A stretch of DNA of 64,000 nt from Eledone cirrhosa (taxonomy: Eukaryota), in contig OZ024754.1 in NCBI GenBank assembly GCA_964016885.1, forward strand, positions 18,786,001 through 18,850,000, read 5' to 3'. Numbering within the stretch: the first letter of the stretch is position 1; every line of letters starts with the position of its first letter. The position numbers and the translations under genes are program-made. Shown in pieces: positions 62,401 through 64,000 of this stretch. The notes under the pieces were generated by a model. The model searched no databases and was not told the origin of the DNA. It saw only the letters and a list, made by a program, of their open reading frames with translations.

Positions 62401-64000
62401 AGTGGAGGTAGTAGGGGTGGTGATGGTAGTCGTGGTGGTAGTGGTGGTGATGGTAGTGGTGGTGGTAGTGGTGGTGATGGTAGTGGAAGTGAAAGTGGTG
62501 GTGATGGTTGTGGTGGTGGTAGTTGTTGTGATGGTAGTGGTGGTGGTAGAGTTGGTGATTGTGGTAGTAATTGTAGGGGCTGTGGTGGTGGTAGTAGTAG
62601 AGGTGGTGGTTTTTCTTGTGGTGGTGATGGTAGTGGTGGGTGTTGTGGTAGTGCTGGCGGTGGTGTTGATTGTGGGGACTGTGGTGGTGGTGGTGGTTGT
62701 GGTGATGGTAGTGGTGGTAGTAGTGGTGGTGATGGTAGTGGTGGTGGTAGTGGTGGTGGTGATGGTAGTGGAAGTGGTACTGGTGGTGATGGTAGTGGAG
62801 GTGGTGGTGATGGTAGTGTAGGTGGTAGTGGTGGTGATGGTAGCGGTGGTGGTAATGGTGATGATGGTAGTGGCGGTAGTAGTGGTGGCGATGGTGGTGG
62901 TGGTGGTAGTGGTGGTGATGGTACTGGAGGTAGTAGTGGTTGTGATGGTAGTGGAGGTAGTACTGGTGGAGATGGTAGTGGAGGTGGTAGTGGTGATGAT
63001 GGTAGTTTTGGTAGTAGTGGTGGTGATGGTATGGTGGTAGTAGAGGTGGTGATGGTAGTGGAGGAGGTAGTGGTGGTGATGGTAGTGGTGGTGGTAGTGG
63101 TGGTGATGGTAGTGGTGGTAGTAGTGGTGGTGATGGTAGTGGTGGTGGTAGTGGTGGTGGTGATGGTAGTGGAAGTGGTACTGGTGGTGATGGTAGTGGA
63201 GGTGGTGGTGATGGTAGTGTAGGTGGTAGTGGTGGTGATGGTAGCGGTGGTGGTAGTGGTGATGATGGTAGTGGCGGTAGTAGTGGTGGCGATGGTGGTG
63301 GTGGTGGTAGTGGTGGTAATGGTAGTGGAGGTAGTAGTGGTGGTGTTGGTAGTGGAGGTGGTACTAGTGGTGATGGTAGTGGAGGGAGTAGTGGTGGTGA
63401 TGGTTGTGGCGGTGTTAGCGGTGGTGATGGTAGTGGAGGTGTGACTGGTGGTGATGGTAGTGGAGGTGGTAGTGGTGGTAGTTGTATTGGTGGTGGTAGT
63501 GGTGATGATGGTAGTCGTGGTGGTAGTGGTGGTGATGGTAGTGGTGGCGGCAGTGGTGGTGATGGTAGTGGAGGTAGTAGTGGTGGTGGTACTGGTGGTG
63601 ATGTTAGTGGAGGTAATAGAGGTGGTGATGGTAGTGGAGGTGGTATTGGTGGTAATGGTAGTGGTGGTGGTACTGGTGGTGACGGTAGTTGTGGTGGTAG
63701 TGGTGGTGATGGTAGTGGAAGTGAAGGTGGTGGTGATGGTAGTTGTGGTGGTAGTGGTGGTGATGGTAGTGGTGGTGATGGTAGTTGTGGTGGTAGTGGT
63801 GGTGATGGTAGTGGTGGTGATGGTAGTGGTGGTGGTAGTGGTGGTCATGGTAGTGGAGGTAATAGTGGTGGTGATGGTAGTGGAGGTAGTAGTGGTGGTG
63901 GTACTGGTGGTGATGGTAGTGGTGGTGATAGTGGTGGTGATGGTATTGGAGGTGGAGGTAGTGGTGATGTTAGTGGCGGTGGTAGTGGTGGTGAAGGTAG
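59470..64000. repeat. G-rich triplet satellite (GGT/AGT/GAT/GGA; basic unit about GGTGATGGTAGTGGAGGTGGTAGTGGT)
   Basis: Direct reading; continues beyond the window end. Confidence 0.96.

Noticed and set aside
59798-63848. 927-aa extensin/mucin-like Pro/Thr ORF and overlapping Val/Gly/His ORFs
   Set aside because: Several frames on both strands are open simply because the satellite lacks stops, and composition flips at single-base indels.

Overview
This is repeat-dense eukaryotic (metazoan) DNA with no recognisable host gene. The SINE type and microsatellite density suggest a cephalopod such as Octopus, which is an inference. The window holds (1) two tandem R4/Dong-type RLE non-LTR retrotransposons at (TAA)n; (2) eight full, partial or stub copies of L1/Tx1-clade retrotransposons in two lineages, one bounded by (ATT)n and one stacked head-to-tail at (GATA)n; (3) several Penelope-like elements (PLEs) with inverted pseudo-LTRs and eight hammerhead ribozyme motifs, one of them apparently non-circularly permuted; (4) tRNA-derived SINEs whose 3' tail resembles the Tx1 3' end; (5) an internally deleted mariner; (6) large triplet satellites and a 200-N gap. 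All transposon ORFs are interrupted. The most notable signals are the rearranged hammerhead at 21884-21943 and a Tx1/SINE system: microsatellite-specific flanks, a shared SINE/LINE 3' tail, the same SINE variant at the LINE 5' end in two copies, a conserved splice-donor motif at the ORF1 stop and a conserved 3'UTR hairpin. All structures and alignments were read by eye, and boundaries are approximate.
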